From Neovahlkampfia damariscottae (lineage: Eukaryota), in NCBI GenBank assembly GCA_016618085.1, contig JABLTG010000017.1, positions 1 to 64,000 on the forward strand: 64,000 nt of DNA, given 5' to 3'. The translations under genes and the position numbers were made by a program. This document shows positions 46,226-56,420 of the stretch, in pieces. The notes below the pieces were generated by a model. The model was not told the DNA's origin, did no database searches, and saw only the letters and a list, made by a program, of their open reading frames with translations. The stretch's first letter is position 1. Every line of letters begins with the position of its first letter.

Positions 46226-48196
46226 ATGAAAAGAAAAAGAGAAGAAGAAAACAAAAAAAACACAAAATTGAATTCATTGGATTATTTGAATGTGGATGAA
46301 CACATACGTTCAGAAAGAGAAAACCTTGAGAATTTTGAAGAAGTTGTCAGTGAAGAAGAAGTAGAAGAAGAAGAAGAAGAAGAAGAGGAAGAGGATGTAA
46401 ACTCAGAAGATTACAATGAGACAGAAGAAGAAGAAGAAGAAGAACAAGAAGAAGAACCTTCAGAAGACAAAAAAACATTAATTGAGCAAATATGTGATTA
46501 CAGAATAAAAACAGCAAAATGCCTCGGAAAAATAAACAAAAAATTAATGGAAGATGAAGATGTTATGGTTAGTTTGGTATGTCTTCAAGGATTTTGTTAT
46601 GAACAAATCCCAAAGAAACATCAAATGAGCAAAAGGGTGAATATGATGGTTCTTCAATCTTCAGGATATGATTCAACTGAAATGAATAAAATACCACCAC
46701 AATTTTTTCAAGATAAAGAATTCACATTATATGGTTTAAAACATGGAATGGACTTTCAAAATGTTCCAGAAATATTTCAAAACGATTTGGAATTTTGTCT
46801 GGAAGCAGTTGCAAACCCTAGAAATTATTTCCAATGTTTTAAAGAAGAAATTCGAAACAATGAAAATTTCTTACTTGAATTAATTAAACTGTATCCTTAT
46901 AAATTTGAATTTGTTCCATCAGAAATAAAAAAAAAATTAGAATGGGTTTTGAAAGCAATTGAAATAAATCCAAAAGTCCATGAATATCTTCCAGAGCAAT
47001 ATAAAAGAAATAAGTGGGTTATTTTGAAATGTATTCAGTTAAATAACAAGTGCTTTGAAGATGAATATTTAATCCCACATCTTCAGGATGAGAAATTCGC
47101 TTTAGAACTTATGAAATGGAATAAGGATTTCTTGAGAATCCTACCAAAAGAATATTTGAAAAAACGGAAATTTATTATTGAAGTACTGAAAAGAAACAAT
47201 TTATCAGTCAGTGATATGAATTCATTTTCCAATGAAAAAGAAATTGCGATGATTGCCATTGAATTCAGTGTTTTCTCTTTTGAAAATTTTTCTGATAAAA
47301 TTAAATCAGATAAAGAAGTACTGTTTCATGCAGCAAGACAATCAAGAAATAGAATTTGGAATTATAATGAATATGGATCTTGTGAACAATTTATGGCATT
47401 ATTATTACCTTATATCATCCCAAAAGGAATTGATTTTGTTTGTGAAATTCTTAATATCAATCCAGATTTGTTTGGAAATTCTGATGAATTCAAAGAACTT
47501 GAAGTAGAAAATCCACATTATTTCAGGGAAATTGCAAAAAAAGTACCAAGATTATCATATAAATTAATGAGTCAGAGAGATAGTAATGATTATGAAATGT
47601 TCACTCATTTGATTCCTGAATTCAAAGAAGATCCAAAAAATGAGATCGGACTTCAAGGAAGAATAAAATGGAAAACATTAAAACCATCACATGCTTTGAA
47701 ATTTTTGGAACTAAGTGGCAATTTTTTGAATTACATTCCAGTTAAATCAAGAACCACAGAAATGAAAACAATTGCATACAAGAACGGATTGTGTTATGAT
47801 CTCGCAGAAAATAATTTTGACTATTTGAAGGATTCCATTCGAAGCTGTCCTTCCAATATATTGACTATACTTCATTCTTTATACCATGATGAAAATGTGA
47901 CAGTTGAATGTTTGAAAGTACTTCCAAAATTAATGGATATTTTTGGTTTGAAAAAATATCATGGGAATTTACGATGTGTTTTGGCTTGTTTTGAATCTAT
48001 TAATTTTACAGAAAGTAAATTTGATGATTGTAAAACAGTTGATGATTTTTTAGTGAATGGAATGAATTGGATGTCTCCTCTTGAAGTTAGAAAAAATGAT
48101 GGAATATTATCCATTATTTTCAGAAGAAGAAATTTTCATTTTGATCTTTTGAAAAATGAAGAGTATCAAGATGTTATCATTCATAATTCTCATTGA
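46226..48196 (+). CDS. DUF4116-like repeat protein with acidic N-terminus
   Basis: Repeats such as QNDLEFCLEAV, RNNENFLLELI, FSDKIKSDKEVLFHAA; poly-Glu tract encoded by GAA repeats. Confidence 0.75.
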   Translation: MKRKREEENKKNTKLNSLDYLNVDEHIRSERENLENFEEVVSEEEVEEEEEEEEEEDVNSEDYNETEEEEEEEQEEEPSEDKKTLIEQICDYRIKTAKCLGKINKKLMEDEDVMVSLVCLQGFCYEQIPKKHQMSKRVNMMVLQSSGYDSTEMNKIPPQFFQDKEFTLYGLKHGMDFQNVPEIFQNDLEFCLEAVANPRNYFQCFKEEIRNNENFLLELIKLYPYKFEFVPSEIKKKLEWVLKAIEINPKVHEYLPEQYKRNKWVILKCIQLNNKCFEDEYLIPHLQDEKFALELMKWNKDFLRILPKEYLKKRKFIIEVLKRNNLSVSDMNSFSNEKEIAMIAIEFSVFSFENFSDKIKSDKEVLFHAARQSRNRIWNYNEYGSCEQFMALLLPYIIPKGIDFVCEILNINPDLFGNSDEFKELEVENPHYFREIAKKVPRLSYKLMSQRDSNDYEMFTHLIPEFKEDPKNEIGLQGRIKWKTLKPSHALKFLELSGNFLNYIPVKSRTTEMKTIAYKNGLCYDLAENNFDYLKDSIRSCPSNILTILHSLYHDENVTVECLKVLPKLMDIFGLKKYHGNLRCVLACFESINFTESKFDDCKTVDDFLVNGMNWMSPLEVRKNDGILSIIFRRRNFHFDLLKNEEYQDVIIHNSH

Positions 48197-48289
48197 TTAA
48201 GGAATATTTCAGTTTGAACAAAATACAAGTGAATGTTCAAGTTAATGTCTTTCATAATAAACTTTCCATTTTTCTCAGTACTTAAGAAT

Positions 48290-50117
48290 TTATTGAGTGA
48301 AATTTTGAACATTTCCTTCATCTTTTTGCAAATTAATAATTTGAGGATCAAATTGTTGTGTTTGTTGCTGTTGTTGAATAAAATTTGGATCAAAAGGATT
48401 CACCTGTGGCCTTGTCATTGGAACAATATTTCTCTTTCCAACATAATTCATGAATTGTTTTGGTATTTCCTTTAAAACTTCTTCAGCCAATGAATCAGGA
48501 GATGAATTTTTATATTTTGAAAAAGGTACAAATTGAACAACATCCCTTTCTGCCTTCTTTCCGTCAACTTCAAGTGTTTCATTATCAGAATCTAACATGT
48601 CCATATTTTTGAAATCAGCATCTCCAATTCCAATAATAACAATTGAAACTGGAAGATATGAAGCCTTAACGATCTGTTCAATAGTTGCATCCATATCGTT
48701 GATGACACCATCAGTTAAAATTAAAACCACAAAATAATTATCTTGATATTTCTCCGCTATTCTATTGGTTTCCTTCAAAAGAGGAGAAAAAAGTGTTGGC
48801 GCGAATAATTCCACTTGATTAATGGCATATCCATAAATATCTAAAATACCTTTAACTCCAAATACTTCAGGTTGAGAAGGTTGAAAATTACAAGGAAAGC
48901 AATGAGATAATTGGCTATTTACTTTCCCGCCAAAACCAAATCTTGAAAATTTGAGAGAATTATTCACTTACACTGGATATTTCTTATCAGAATCATAATA
49001 ATTCAAAACATTGCCAACTGAAATGATGGCCTTTTGATAATCATTGAACTGATTCACGTTCATATAATGAAGAGAATCAGGATCAGATGGATTTCCATTT
49101 GATGCCGTAAAATCAATAGCAACAATTAAAGAAATCTGTTGTCCACCAACTAAATAATCCAAAAAAGTTGGAATTTTCACCACTTTAATCTCATCAACAA
49201 TGAGCAATCCTGAATTTTGATATTTTTTGTTTTTCTTTTTCTTTTCTGGATTGACAACATCATATCTATAATCTTTTCCATTTTTTAGTAGTTTTTCTAA
49301 AGTTATATCAAAATATCCAATCAATTCATCATCAGATAATCTGTCCCAATCAAAACAAGTGACTCTAAAACTTTTTTTGAAATCATTGGAGCATAACTTT
49401 CCTGTGTCTAATTCAAATGATTTGAAGTTTGGATTTAACGTTTTCATGATAGTTTCAGTTCTAAATACTTCTGTAAATTTTCCATTTTTTTCTTTTTCAA
49501 AGACTAAATAAGCTATCAAAAAATTAATTTTTTGTTTTCCAAGTTATTACGATCTGATTTGCCAATAATATCCATTTTGTCAAGATTCTTACAACTTAAT
49601 TTTAAAGTTATAATATGTGATGTTTCTGAAATTTCTTCAGCTTGAATGGAAATGAATCCATTCTTTCGTGAAGGATTTTCTTTGTTTATCAGTGGTTGAG
49701 TTATACAAGAACCTCTTGATCCAACAATTTTTCCAAGTGTACAATATAAATCACCAATGAGTTGATGTTTTGATGTATCTTGATCAGAGTCTGAATCAAC
49801 AACACGGAAGTGAAGTTCTTGATTTTCTAAAAAATTAAAAAAATTCAACTGTGAAATTACCTTCAAAAAAGTATTGAACTTTTACTTTTTTTTCAAAGGT
49901 TGGATTCTTGGCATCTTTAAGGGTTTCAGTTTGTCCGATGAACTGCCATTGTGATGTTTTTTTATTTTTCAATTCAATAAAAACTTTTGGATCTGATTGA
50001 CTTAATAAATCCAATTTTATAAGGTCTCTGAAATTTGTTTAACTCAGTTTTATTTTGTTTTTACTTGCAAGAGATTGTTAATTCGACTTGTGTGGAAAGT
50101 GAATCTCTTCCCAACAT
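48290..50117 (-). CDS. Copine (two C2 domains + vWA), multi-exon
   Basis: VAIDFTASNGNPSDPDSLHY, YDSDK, LILTDG, RDVVQFVPF; C2 segments upstream. Confidence 0.95.
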
Positions 50118-50490
50118 GACAATTTATAGTTTTGATTGGTCAACACAAAGCAAACCAATCATTTTACCCATTTTTTGGTTGACTCAATTTTAACAATAAT
50201 CAAGTTTTTGATTTTCAAAATATTTTTCTTTATTGGTTTAGTTTTGGCTTTCAAACAGTAATCTGGATTCGAAGGAGTATCAGGAGTATACTGAGGAGTA
50301 AGAGTATCAAAAATTTGGTTAACTCAAGATTAACAGAAAATATGGAATTATTGACAGTTATTGATATAATTCAATTAAAAACGAAAATGTTTAACACAGG
50401 AATTGAGTATTACAAGTTCTAAATTTGAAAATTCACCAGTTTAAATTTGTGTCGGATAATTAAATTACAAAAAAATGAAACTTTATTTTT

Positions 50491-51753
50491 TTATAAACTT
50501 GCACTATTTGCGTGTGCTGTTGAATAATGATGACTCCATTTTCCATAAGTCCATCCTTTTGAGCATCTATTTAAATACATAACTCTAATTTCACCTTTTT
50601 GATTTCTTTGAACTGAAACTACACTTCTTGAATGTTTACATTTTGATGTAGTTTTAAACATTCTTGATTGGTGAACAACTTTTGTTTCTCCTTTTGAAAC
50701 GCAAACTTTAAAACGTCTTCTATTCCAAGCTTGAACATAAACTTTTTTACATCCATGGTGTGTTCTTTTTTTGATGCAATGATTTCCTCTTCTATAAAAT
50801 CCTGAAAGACATTTTACTTGGTGTTTTGGATGTTTCTTCAAACAAAGACTTCCTTTTTTCTCAAAGCCAACCATGCACTTCTTTTCACCTTTTGGTTTGA
50901 CCAATTCTGGTTTTGGTTTTGGTACTGGTTTAAGTTTTCTTTGGTAAAGACATCTTTTGAAACATCTTCTAACTCCTCGAAAAGCAAAATAAAAACCACA
51001 ACGTTTGACGTATTTAGCTGGTATTCTACTTAAAACACAACGTTTTTGTTTTCTCCAAGCACAGTTATTCATGCAACTGTTTCCAGTGTGACATTTCACT
51101 TTGCATTTAAGAATTCTTTTTCCTGCGCACATGAATGCTCTGCATGTTTTTGAACAAACTTTTTTGTTTTTGATACATTTCTTTTGACAAACTTGAATGT
51201 TTCTTTTGAAGGAACATTTTCTTTTATTGTAAGCTGATTTGATAAGAATTTTTGAACATTTTCTGTATTTTCTTCTAACTCTAACAGATCTACATAAATG
51301 AGTACATTTTGGTACAACTTTAATGCATTGCCTTTGACAGGTCTTAAATTTCTTTTTTGACAGAATATTTTTACAAATAGTTCTGAAATATTTTTGGTTA
51401 TCAATAAAACATTGTCTTTGTTTTTTACGAAGACAAACATTGAAACATTTTCTACCTCTATAACATTTTGTTTTACAGACTTTGACTTTCCGTCCTCCAC
51501 AAGTTTTCATTGAGCAGTGTTTCCAGCATCTCTTATAACCAGATTTACATTTACGTGAACAAACAGGTGAAAGTCTAACAACTCTACATTTGTGCAATTT
51601 TCTGGTTGACAAAACTTGTTTACATTGACGTCGAGTTTTTGAGAGTGTTTTTGTCAAGCATTTGACACTACATTGAAGCCTTGTTTCTTTGGCTTCTGAA
51701 GAGCCAACAAAAAGAGTCAGAGCAATTACAAGAATAAACAATTGCTTTATCAT
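50491..51753 (-). CDS. Secreted Cys/Lys/Arg-rich protein with an internal duplication
   Basis: Signal peptide MIKQLFILVIALTLFVGSSEA; very basic and Cys-rich; two related ~55 aa modules. Confidence 0.8.
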   Translation of the reverse strand: MIKQLFILVIALTLFVGSSEAKETRLQCSVKCLTKTLSKTRRQCKQVLSTRKLHKCRVVRLSPVCSRKCKSGYKRCWKHCSMKTCGGRKVKVCKTKCYRGRKCFNVCLRKKQRQCFIDNQKYFRTICKNILSKKKFKTCQRQCIKVVPKCTHLCRSVRVRRKYRKCSKILIKSAYNKRKCSFKRNIQVCQKKCIKNKKVCSKTCRAFMCAGKRILKCKVKCHTGNSCMNNCAWRKQKRCVLSRIPAKYVKRCGFYFAFRGVRRCFKRCLYQRKLKPVPKPKPELVKPKGEKKCMVGFEKKGSLCLKKHPKHQVKCLSGFYRRGNHCIKKRTHHGCKKVYVQAWNRRRFKVCVSKGETKVVHQSRMFKTTSKCKHSRSVVSVQRNQKGEIRVMYLNRCSKGWTYGKWSHHYSTAHANSASL

Positions 51754-51906
51754 CTTCAAGTCTTCAACAAAATCAGTCGAGTGAATTGATTGGTTGAGAT
51801 TTAACCAATAAATGACTGCTATTTTTTACTTTGTTTTTTTCTGCAAATTTGCAAGTTTCAACAAATTTTTTTCACATCCAATCATCCATCATTTTTGCAA
51901 AAGTTG

Positions 51907-52737
51907 ATGAAGAAACTGGTGGGATGTTTGACAAATACTTCAACAATTAAACAAATCAATTTACCAGTTGTAAATCGCATAAATAATAAAAAAATATCAA
52001 AAAAAGTTCCAAAATATATTGAAATAGAAGAAGAAAACTATTCGTTTAATTTTTTTTTGAATCGAAATGAAAATTCAGAATTAGAATTAATAAAAGTGAA
52101 ACATCTGCAAAAAGGAATTTATGAAACATTTAATAATTCATTAATTTGCAATTTTTCATCTCAGGAATTGAACTATAAACATAAATATGGTTATGACCTT
52201 GGTTCACCTTTGATTAAATCAATTTCTTCAAAAAAAAAGCAAAATTCGGAAATTAATGTTTTAGATTGTACCGCAGGTTTAGGAAAAGATTCATTTATTT
52301 TTGCTTCATTCGGATTTCAAGTATCAATGATTGAAAAAAATCCAATAATTTTTAATTTGTTATTCGACGGATATCAAAGAGGTTTGAGAGATAAAAAAAT
52401 ATCACATATTGTAAACAACATGTCATTAGTGCACGGAGACTCACTTGATTATTTAAAAAATTCCAAACAGTTTTTTGATGTCATCTACTTTGATCCAATG
52501 TTTCCAACATTAAATAAAAAGAACAAAATTTCTCCTAGAAAAGAAATCCAATACATCAGAGAATTAGTAGAAGAACGTGAAGAAAACTTGTTGGAGAAAG
52601 CTAAAGAATACATTCAATTTACGGAGAAATTGGTGATTAAAAGACCAAAAAATGTTGATCCAATTGAATTGATTCAATTCTCATATGAAATGAAAGATAC
52701 ACGATTTGATGTGATACAAAATATAAAACTACGATAA
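51907..52737 (+). CDS. rsmJ: RsmJ/YhiQ-like rRNA small-subunit SAM methyltransferase, intronless
   Basis: VLDCTAGLGKDSF, MIEKNP, DVIYFDPMFP, LVIKRP, RFDV. Confidence 0.85.
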   Translation: MKKLVGCLTNTSTIKQINLPVVNRINNKKISKKVPKYIEIEEENYSFNFFLNRNENSELELIKVKHLQKGIYETFNNSLICNFSSQELNYKHKYGYDLGSPLIKSISSKKKQNSEINVLDCTAGLGKDSFIFASFGFQVSMIEKNPIIFNLLFDGYQRGLRDKKISHIVNNMSLVHGDSLDYLKNSKQFFDVIYFDPMFPTLNKKNKISPRKEIQYIRELVEEREENLLEKAKEYIQFTEKLVIKRPKNVDPIELIQFSYEMKDTRFDVIQNIKLR

Positions 52738-52740
52738 AAT

Positions 52741-53778
52741 TCAATTTTCCAAATTCATTTTTTGTATCTCTTCTCTGGTTGGATATTTTTGTTGAGCGCC
52801 TTTTTTTTGAATGGCCAAAGATGCAATATAATTTGCGTATTCAATTCCTGTTTTCATAGCAACTTTACATGATAGAAAATATGTCAAAGTGCCCAAGAAA
52901 CAATCACCAGCCCCAGTTGTATCAACAACTTTATCAACTTTACAACTTGGAATATGAAATGATTTTCCTGATGAATCCAAGTATAAACAACCATTTGATC
53001 CTAAAGTAATTAAAATTTCTTTCACACCTTTTGATTGGAGAATTGTAGCTGATTTGATAGCATCTTCAATAGTTTTGATTTCAATACCAGTTAATATCTC
53101 AGCTTCAGTTTCATTAGGAGCAATTAAATCAGTGTATTTATAAAATTCTTCACTCAAATTTTTTCTTGCTGGTGCAGGATTGAAAATTGTATAAATACCT
53201 TCAGATTTTGCTTTTTTTAAAGAATACAAAACAACATCTGGATTGATTTCAAGCTGAAACAATGCTATTGAACACGTTTTTATGTTTTCCCAATTTTTGT
53301 TAAAATGATTTTCAACCAGAAAATCATTTGCACCTGTTGTTAACACAATTCTGTTGTTTCCTGTTTCTTCAACTATAACTTGAGCAATTGTTGTATTGGT
53401 TTCTTGTAATAAAAATGTGTTTGTGTCAACATTTTTGAATTTTAATTTTTTGAAATTTTCTTTCATGTTTCTTCCATCTTTTTTTTGAATTTTATTTTTT
53501 TCAAACCTTCATCGTTTCCTAAGCAGGTGATAAAATTTAAATGTGGTCGAGAACATAATTTAGCTATCATTGCAGCTTGATTTGAACCTTTTCCACCAAA
53601 GTTTTTCATAAAAAATGAGCTTTGTATGGTCGTTTGAATTTCTTCTGGAAAATTCATGATGTTGGTGACGTAATCAATGCAAGTAGATCCAACAACCTTT
53701 TAGAATTTAAAAATTAATTCTACTATCATTTACCAAAATGTCCGTTTCTTCTTGTTCTTGTGGTAAAAATATTTTCAT
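52741..53778 (-). CDS. rbsK: Ribokinase (PfkB family), 3 exons
   Basis: GGKGSNQA, QLEI, FNPAPA, PNETEA, ITLGSNG, DTTGAGDCF. Confidence 0.93.
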
Positions 53779-54095
53779 TTCTTGATCAAAAATAATTGGT
53801 CGAAATTTTTAACTGAACGAATTTTAAAGTTGTTTAAACAAGTCACAAAATATTTTCAATTTCATCCAATTCTTCCCAATGTTGTAAGAAATTGATCTTT
53901 CATTTTTAGTCTGAGTAATATGAAAAAAATTTTCTAGATCAAAACAGTAGATCCACAATAAATCATGGCTTTGTTCAATACTTGTTCAATTTAAGTTCAA
54001 TTAAACTCCTTTCTATTAATTTAAAAAAATTCAAATAATGAAATCTAAACAAAAAAATTAACAATTTCAATATAGTTTTTTTAGAAATCCATTTC

Positions 54096-54100
54096 ATTGG
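54096..54100 (-). promoter_or_regulatory. CCAAT box upstream of the ankyrin gene (example of a window-wide promoter motif)
   Basis: ATTGG ~35 nt before ATG 54135; the same motif lies within ~45 nt of most inferred starts. Confidence 0.6.
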
Positions 54101-54134
54101 TCCAACAGATCAAGTTAAGAAACACAGAACAACT

Positions 54135-55895
54135 ATGGCGAAAATGGAAAAAAAGTTAAATGATGCGATTAATAGGAAAGATTTCAAAATTTTAGAACTA
54201 TTGTTGAATGAAGTTGACATCAATGAACCATTTATCTATCCTATTGGTTGTGTAAGAATAAATAAAAATTAAAAATGATTTAGAAAGTAAGAATAAATAA
54301 AAATTAAAATGATTTAGTATGTAAGAATAAATAAAAATTAAAAATGATTTAGTTTGTAAGAATAAATAAAAATTAAAAATGATTTAGGATGTAAGAATAA
54401 ATAAAAATTAAAAATGATTTAGAAAGTAAGAATAAATAAAAATTAAAAATGATTTAGTTTGTAAGAATAAATAAAAATTAAAAATAATTTAGGATGTAAG
54501 AATAAATAAAAATTAAAAATAATTTAGTATGTAAGAATAAATAAAAATTAAAAATGATTTAGTTTGTAAGAATAAATAAAAATTAAAAATGATTTAGTAT
54601 GTAAGAATAAATAAAAATTAAAAATGATTTAGAAAGTAAGAATAAATAAAAATTAAAAATGATTTAGGATGTAAGAATAAATAAAAATTAAAAATAATTT
54701 AGCATGTAAGAATAAATAAAAATTAAAAATGATTTAGTATGTAAGAATAAATAAAAATTAAAAATGATTTAGAAAGTAAGAATAAATAAAAATTAAAAAT
54801 GATTTAGCATGTAAGAATAAATAAAAATTAAAAATGATTTAGCATGTAAGAATAAATAAAATGTTAACTGTTGACTCCAGTATATCAAAGATGTAAGTAA
54901 TTTCGTTTCTGAATATTTTGAAGGAAAACAAAATGTATGGAGATAGTATTCCATGGACCATTCTACAATATGCAGCAGCTATGGGCAATCAAGTAATATC
55001 ACATGACTAAAAAAAATAAATTTAGGAAGTTGTTGATTTTTTGGTTGAACAAGGTGCAGATTCTGACATGAAAGATAAATGCCGACGTACAGCTCAACAA
55101 ATCGCTGATTTTTTGAAAAGAAAAATTATCGTTAACAAATTAGTTCCAAAAATGAAAGAAAAGAAAAACTCCAAAGAATTCAAATCATTCATTGATGATC
55201 CAGTTATCTTTTTTAAGAAAATGAATGTTAATCATGATATTAAGAAACAAACCTTCAAACAATTTCGTGATATTTATCAAAAATTTATCAAAAACATTGA
55301 AGATAATGATGATTTAAAAGAAATGATGATTAATAGAATTGAAACATCAAGAAATTCGGAAATCATCAAAATGTTAAATGACATTAATTTAATGAAAAAA
55401 AAATATAAACAAGAATTCATTGAAGTGGTCTCTAAATCAAAAAAGAATTTCGGATTATCAAAGATATTGAGAAAAACCATCTTCTTAGCTATGGAGGACA
55501 AAAAAGATGATCATCCAAATTCAAACGAAGAAGAAGTCTGTGAATTGGTATATGAAGACTTATTCATTGAATGGTCAGAAAATAAATCTGAATTTGTTGA
55601 AGAATTTGATGGTTTATTAGATTTCAAAGAAATTGCAAAAAAATATTTGAAACCAATGATATTCAAATCAATTAGATCAGGAGAAATTTCAAATGTTGAT
55701 TATTCTGAATTCTTTCCAGAAATTGAAGAATTTTTTGAAATCACTGAAAAATATTTCTCTGATGATGGATTTGTGAGTTATTATGAAATGAAAAAGGAAA
55801 ATGAATCATTGAAAGAAGAAAATGAATTTCTCAAATCAAGTGACAGCCAAATTTCAGAATATGTTCCAAATGATGGTTTTATGATTGATCAATAG
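54135..55895 (+). CDS. Ankyrin-repeat protein containing an array of single-codon microexons (372 aa if all are included)
   Basis: Exon 1 54135-54251 (MAKMEKKLNDAINRKDFKILELLLNEVDINEPFIYPIGC), 17 three-nt exons, exon 54881-54892 (YIKD), exon 54924-54992 (ENKMYGDSIPWTILQYAAAMGNQ), exon 55026-55895 (EVVDFLVEQGADSDMKDKCRRTAQQIA...). All introns are GT-AG and phase 0; splicing rebuilds a canonical ankyrin repeat. Confidence 0.85.
54252..54861 (+). repeat. 35-nt tandem array: 17 x [GTAAGAATAAATAAAAATTAAAAATRATTTAG + variable triplet] plus a partial 18th unit
   Basis: Directly visible. Triplets in order: AAA TAT TTT GAT AAA TTT GAT TAT TTT TAT AAA GAT CAT TAT AAA CAT CAT. Confidence 0.98.
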
Positions 55896-56420
55896 ATCAA
55901 ATTACCATTTCAATAAAACTTTTTTAAGAAAACAATTTTGTTGTACCCAAAAACAAGAAATTATTTGATGAATCTTGACATTAGAAGTGCGAAAATTGAA
56001 ACTGCAAATTTTTTGAACTTATTTCAAAATTAATGGAGTTCAAGTGTGGAATTTGAAATTATTGAAAAATCCAAAGAGCTCAGAGGAATTGGAGAAAAAA
56101 AAAGTGTTCTGGGATTGGAAAAAAACAATTTGAAAAATTTAAATTACCGGCATCTGACCAGAAGAAAAATCCTCTTCTTGTCAAAAAAGACTTTTTGAAT
56201 GATAAAAATTTGGAACAATAAATTTTCCGAATCCAACTCATAAAACAAGAAAAACTGTTATGTCCACATTCTTTGAAATGTTTTTTTTGGAAGCTCTGGA
56301 ATGTATTCTTTTTCAATTTTTGAATAAGTTGAACCCAATGACAGTATAATACAACTCCTTCCTTTTTTGACACGTAAAATTCTCCGATTGGCCATTGGTC
56401 ACCGTCAACATAAAACAGAA

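Noticed and set aside
46350..46460. GAA microsatellite
   Set aside because: Simply encodes the poly-Glu tract of the DUF4116-like protein.
50270..50310. Short GGAGTA(T) iterations
   Set aside because: Only about four degenerate copies in intergenic DNA; no supportable function.
54252..54861. CRISPR array (conserved 32-nt repeats with variable spacers)
   Set aside because: Spacers are only 3 nt, repeats are non-palindromic with GT...AG ends, no cas genes, and the context is eukaryotic.
54252..54861. Unspliced coding repeat
   Set aside because: The 35-nt period is not a multiple of 3 and units contain TAA/TGA/TAG stops; only the spliced reading is open.
55900..56400. Short ORFs between the ankyrin and RhoGEF genes
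   Set aside because: No motifs and no coherent exon structure identified.
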